This document shows, piece after piece, positions 21,787 to 24,000 of a DNA stretch of 24,000 nucleotides. Origin of the DNA: Actinomycetospora straminea (lineage in GTDB: Bacteria > Actinomycetota > Actinomycetes > Mycobacteriales > Pseudonocardiaceae); assembly GCF_028737255.1 (NCBI RefSeq), contig NZ_JAQZAN010000026.1, positions 24,301 through 48,300 on the forward strand, in the 5' to 3' direction. How positions within the stretch are numbered: the stretch's first letter is position 1; each line of letters begins with the position of its first letter. The notes beneath the pieces were generated by a model that was not told the DNA's origin, searched no databases, and saw nothing but the letters and a program-made list of their open reading frames with translations. The position numbers were made by a program, and so were the translations under genes.

Positions 21787-22977
21787 GTGACCCGCGTGCT
21801 CGTGGTCGGCGCCGGCATCGGCGGCCTGACGCTCGGCATCACCCTGCAGCGCGCGGGCGTCGCGGTCGAGGTCCACGAGCGCGCCGAGGAGCTGCGCGAG
21901 GTCGGCGCCGCCGTCGCCATCTCCGCCAACGGCACCCGCGTGCTCGCCCGCCTCGGGCTGGGCGGCGAGCTCGAGGCGGCCGGCACCCAGCCCACCGAGC
22001 TGGTCTTCCGCGACGGGCGCAGCGGCGAGCGGATCGCCGCCCACCCCGGCGGCGCCGCGTACCGGGAGCGCTTCGGGGCCCCCTACCTCGGTATCCACCG
22101 GGTCGACCTGCAGCAGGCCCTGGCCCGCGCCTTCGGCCCCGAGCACCTGCACCTCGGCTCGACGGTCACGGCCGTGAGCTCCGACGACCGCGGCGCGACG
22201 GTCACGTTCGCCGACGGGTCGACGACGCGCGCGGACGTCGTGGTCGGCGCCGACGGGGTGCACTCGCTGGTGCGGGCGTACGTCGCCGGGAGCGACGCCC
22301 GCCCGGAGTACACGGGCACGAGCGGGTTCCGCGGCCTCGTGCCCCGCGACGCGCTGGCGACCCTGCCCGACCCGCTCGCCATCCAGTTCTGGGCGGGGCC
22401 GGACGCGCACCTGCTGCACTACCCGCTCGGCGGCCCCCGCGCCGGCGACGACACCGTCAACTTCCTGGCCGTGCTCTGCGGACCCGCCACCTGGGAGGGC
22501 GGGAACCGTCCGGCGCCGCCCGGCGAGCTCCTCGCGGCGTTCGCCGGCTGGCACCCGGCCGTGCTCGAGATGCTGGGCGCGGTCGAGCAGAGCCCACGGT
22601 GGCCGCTGCTCGCCCTGCCGCCGCTCGCGACCTGGACCCGCGGCCGGGTCGCCCTGCTCGGCGACGCCTGCCACGCGATGCTGCCCCACCACGGACAGGG
22701 CGCCGGGACCTCGATCGAGGACGCCGCCCACCTCGGCGCCCTGCTCGCGACGACCGGACCCGACGAGGCCCTCGCCGCCTACCCCCGGCACCGGCGCGCC
22801 CGCACGCGCGCGATCGCCCGCAGCGCCTGGGAGACCGGGACCCTCCTGCACCTCCCCGACGACCACCCCCGCGTGCCGGAGCGGGACGCCCGGTTCGCCG
22901 GCTACCTGCCCGCCAACGCCTGGGTGCACGACCACGACGTCGCCGCCCGCGACCACCACCCGAGGAGAACAGCGTGA
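21787..22977 (+). CDS. FAD-dependent aromatic-ring monooxygenase (salicylate hydroxylase-like)
   Basis: The motifs are [14 protein letters not shown] (GxGxxG), [10 protein letters not shown] (DG motif) and [24 protein letters not shown] (GD motif). GTG at 21787 has GGAGGG 5 nt upstream. Confidence 0.85.
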   Translation: MTRVLVVGAGIGGLTLGITLQRAGVAVEVHERAEELREVGAAVAISANGTRVLARLGLGGELEAAGTQPTELVFRDGRSGERIAAHPGGAAYRERFGAPYLGIHRVDLQQALARAFGPEHLHLGSTVTAVSSDDRGATVTFADGSTTRADVVVGADGVHSLVRAYVAGSDARPEYTGTSGFRGLVPRDALATLPDPLAIQFWAGPDAHLLHYPLGGPRAGDDTVNFLAVLCGPATWEGGNRPAPPGELLAAFAGWHPAVLEMLGAVEQSPRWPLLALPPLATWTRGRVALLGDACHAMLPHHGQGAGTSIEDAAHLGALLATTGPDEALAAYPRHRRARTRAIARSAWETGTLLHLPDDHPRVPERDARFAGYLPANAWVHDHDVAARDHHPRRTA

Positions 22978-23867
22978 CCACCACCGAGCACCAGTCAGCC
23001 TCCCCCACCTCCCCGTCGGACGCCGTCACCGCCGGCGCGCACGCCACCGAGTCCGCCCGCTCCGGGCTCTCGAACCTCCGCGGCCCCGGCTCCGGCGAGG
23101 TCGACCAGCAGCGGATCGCGACCGTCGTCGGCGCCGCGCTCGAGGGCATCCGCGCCGCGATCCGCGAGCACGAGGTGACCTACGAGGAGTTCGACGCGTT
23201 CAAGCGCTGGCTGATCGCGGTCTCCGACACCGGCGAGTGGCCGCTGTTCCTCGACGTCTATCTCGAGCACGAGGTCGAGAAGGTCGCCGCGAAGCGTCAG
23301 CAGGGCTCGGTCGGCACGATCCTCGGCCCGTTCTGGCTCGACGGGCAGGTCCAGCTGGACACCCCGGCCACGCTCCCGATGCGGGACGACGAGCCGGGTA
23401 CGCCGATGATCCTGGCCGGCCAGGTCACCGCCACCGACGGCACGCCGCTGGCCGGCGCGACCGTCGACATCTGGCACACCGACGACGAGGGCTGGTACTC
23501 CGGCTTCGCCTCGAAGCCGCCGGCCGGCAACCTGCGCGGCGTCGTGCGCTGCGACGACCAGGGCCGCTTCGAGATCCACACCCGCAAGCCGGCGCCGTAC
23601 ACGATCCCGCTCGACGGCCCCACCGGGCAGCTGACCCAGGCCGCCGGCTGGAGCCCGTGGCGCCCCGCGCACATCCACCTGCTCGTCGCCGCGCCCGGTC
23701 ACCGCACGCTGACCAGCCAGCTGTTCTTCACCGGCGACCCCTACCTCGGCAACGACGTCGCCTCGGCCGACAAGCCCGAGCTCACCCTCGACCCGCAGCC
23801 CACCGGCCGCGGCGACGAGATCCGCGCGGACCGCGACTTCGTGCTGGAGCCGGGGTCGGACGACTAG
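22974..23867 (+). CDS. Intradiol ring-cleavage dioxygenase (catechol or hydroxyquinol 1,2-dioxygenase)
   Basis: The N-terminal dioxygenase helper domain reads [16 protein letters not shown]. The catalytic core carries [29 protein letters not shown] and [12 protein letters not shown] at 22974 overlaps the upstream stop as GTGA and has GAGGAG 6 nt upstream. Confidence 0.9.
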   Translation: MTTTEHQSASPTSPSDAVTAGAHATESARSGLSNLRGPGSGEVDQQRIATVVGAALEGIRAAIREHEVTYEEFDAFKRWLIAVSDTGEWPLFLDVYLEHEVEKVAAKRQQGSVGTILGPFWLDGQVQLDTPATLPMRDDEPGTPMILAGQVTATDGTPLAGATVDIWHTDDEGWYSGFASKPPAGNLRGVVRCDDQGRFEIHTRKPAPYTIPLDGPTGQLTQAAGWSPWRPAHIHLLVAAPGHRTLTSQLFFTGDPYLGNDVASADKPELTLDPQPTGRGDEIRADRDFVLEPGSDD

Positions 23868-24000
23868 TGGAGACCCGCCAGCTGCGCTACTTCGTCGCGG
23901 TCGCCGAGACCCGGCACTTCGGGCGGGCGGCCGAGCGGCTGCACATCGCCCAGTCGCCGCTGTCCCAGGCGATCCGGCAGCTCGAGTCGCAGCTCGGCGC
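23867..24000 (+). CDS. LysR-family transcriptional regulator (N-terminal HTH; 3' end outside window)
   Basis: [44 protein letters not shown] is the canonical LysR wHTH. The GTG shares its first G with the preceding TAG stop (TAGTG). Confidence 0.8.
   Translation, partial: METRQLRYFVAVAETRHFGRAAERLHIAQSPLSQAIRQLESQLG

Noticed and set aside
21109-22959. 5' extension of the CoA-transferase ORF (track 19912-22959, 1015 aa) and of the dioxygenase ORF (track 21147-23867, 906 aa)
   Set aside because: The upstream parts run antisense through the monooxygenase and flavin reductase genes and translate to low-complexity sequence. The family-typical N-termini, SD sequences and GTGA overlaps define the internal starts at 21108 and 22974.

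Overview
Densely coding segment from a very high-G+C (by eye above 70%) actinobacterial chromosome. I support 26 protein-coding features, two of them partial at the window edges. I saw no rRNA or tRNA genes, CRISPR arrays, transposases or integrases. Many long ORFs in the six-frame track are Arg/Pro/Gly/Ala-rich shadow frames of real genes. I chose real frames by domain motifs, near-saturated G/C third positions, Shine-Dalgarno (SD) sequences and start/stop coupling.

Gene content, left to right:
- Ser/Thr kinase with a Pro/Thr-rich ectodomain (-).
- Minus-strand array: PNPOx-like flavoprotein, MBL hydrolase, HelD-type RNA-polymerase ATPase.
- A 585-bp non-coding divergent region rich in motifs.
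- Repeat-containing membrane protein (+).
- mIHF (-).
- Minus-strand lipid cluster: GT4 glycosyltransferase, OlsB-like N-acyltransferase, PlsC/OlsA-like O-acyltransferase, small SAM methyltransferase.
- DUF574-type methyltransferase, a minimal Rpf with a long structured leader, and an FAD dehydrogenase (all +).
- WhiB regulator translationally coupled to a signal-less single-PASTA protein (-).
- Anchored secreted protein, aldo/keto reductase, HSL-type esterase, DUF2256-DUF3253 fusion, SRPBCC protein.
- Aromatic-catabolism module: CoA-transferase and flavin reductase, divergent from FAD monooxygenase, intradiol dioxygenase and LysR.

Start/stop overlaps mark four junctions as GTGA (5376-5379, 9645-9648, 21105-21108, 22974-22977). 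An 11-nt overlap lies at 8722-8732.

The candidates most worth follow-up are the aminolipid operon with an appended N-methyltransferase-like gene, the WhiB plus cytoplasmic PASTA pair, the HelD/MBL/flavoprotein array, and the motif-dense 6099-6682 region. All functional links are inference from sequence and need database and experimental checks.
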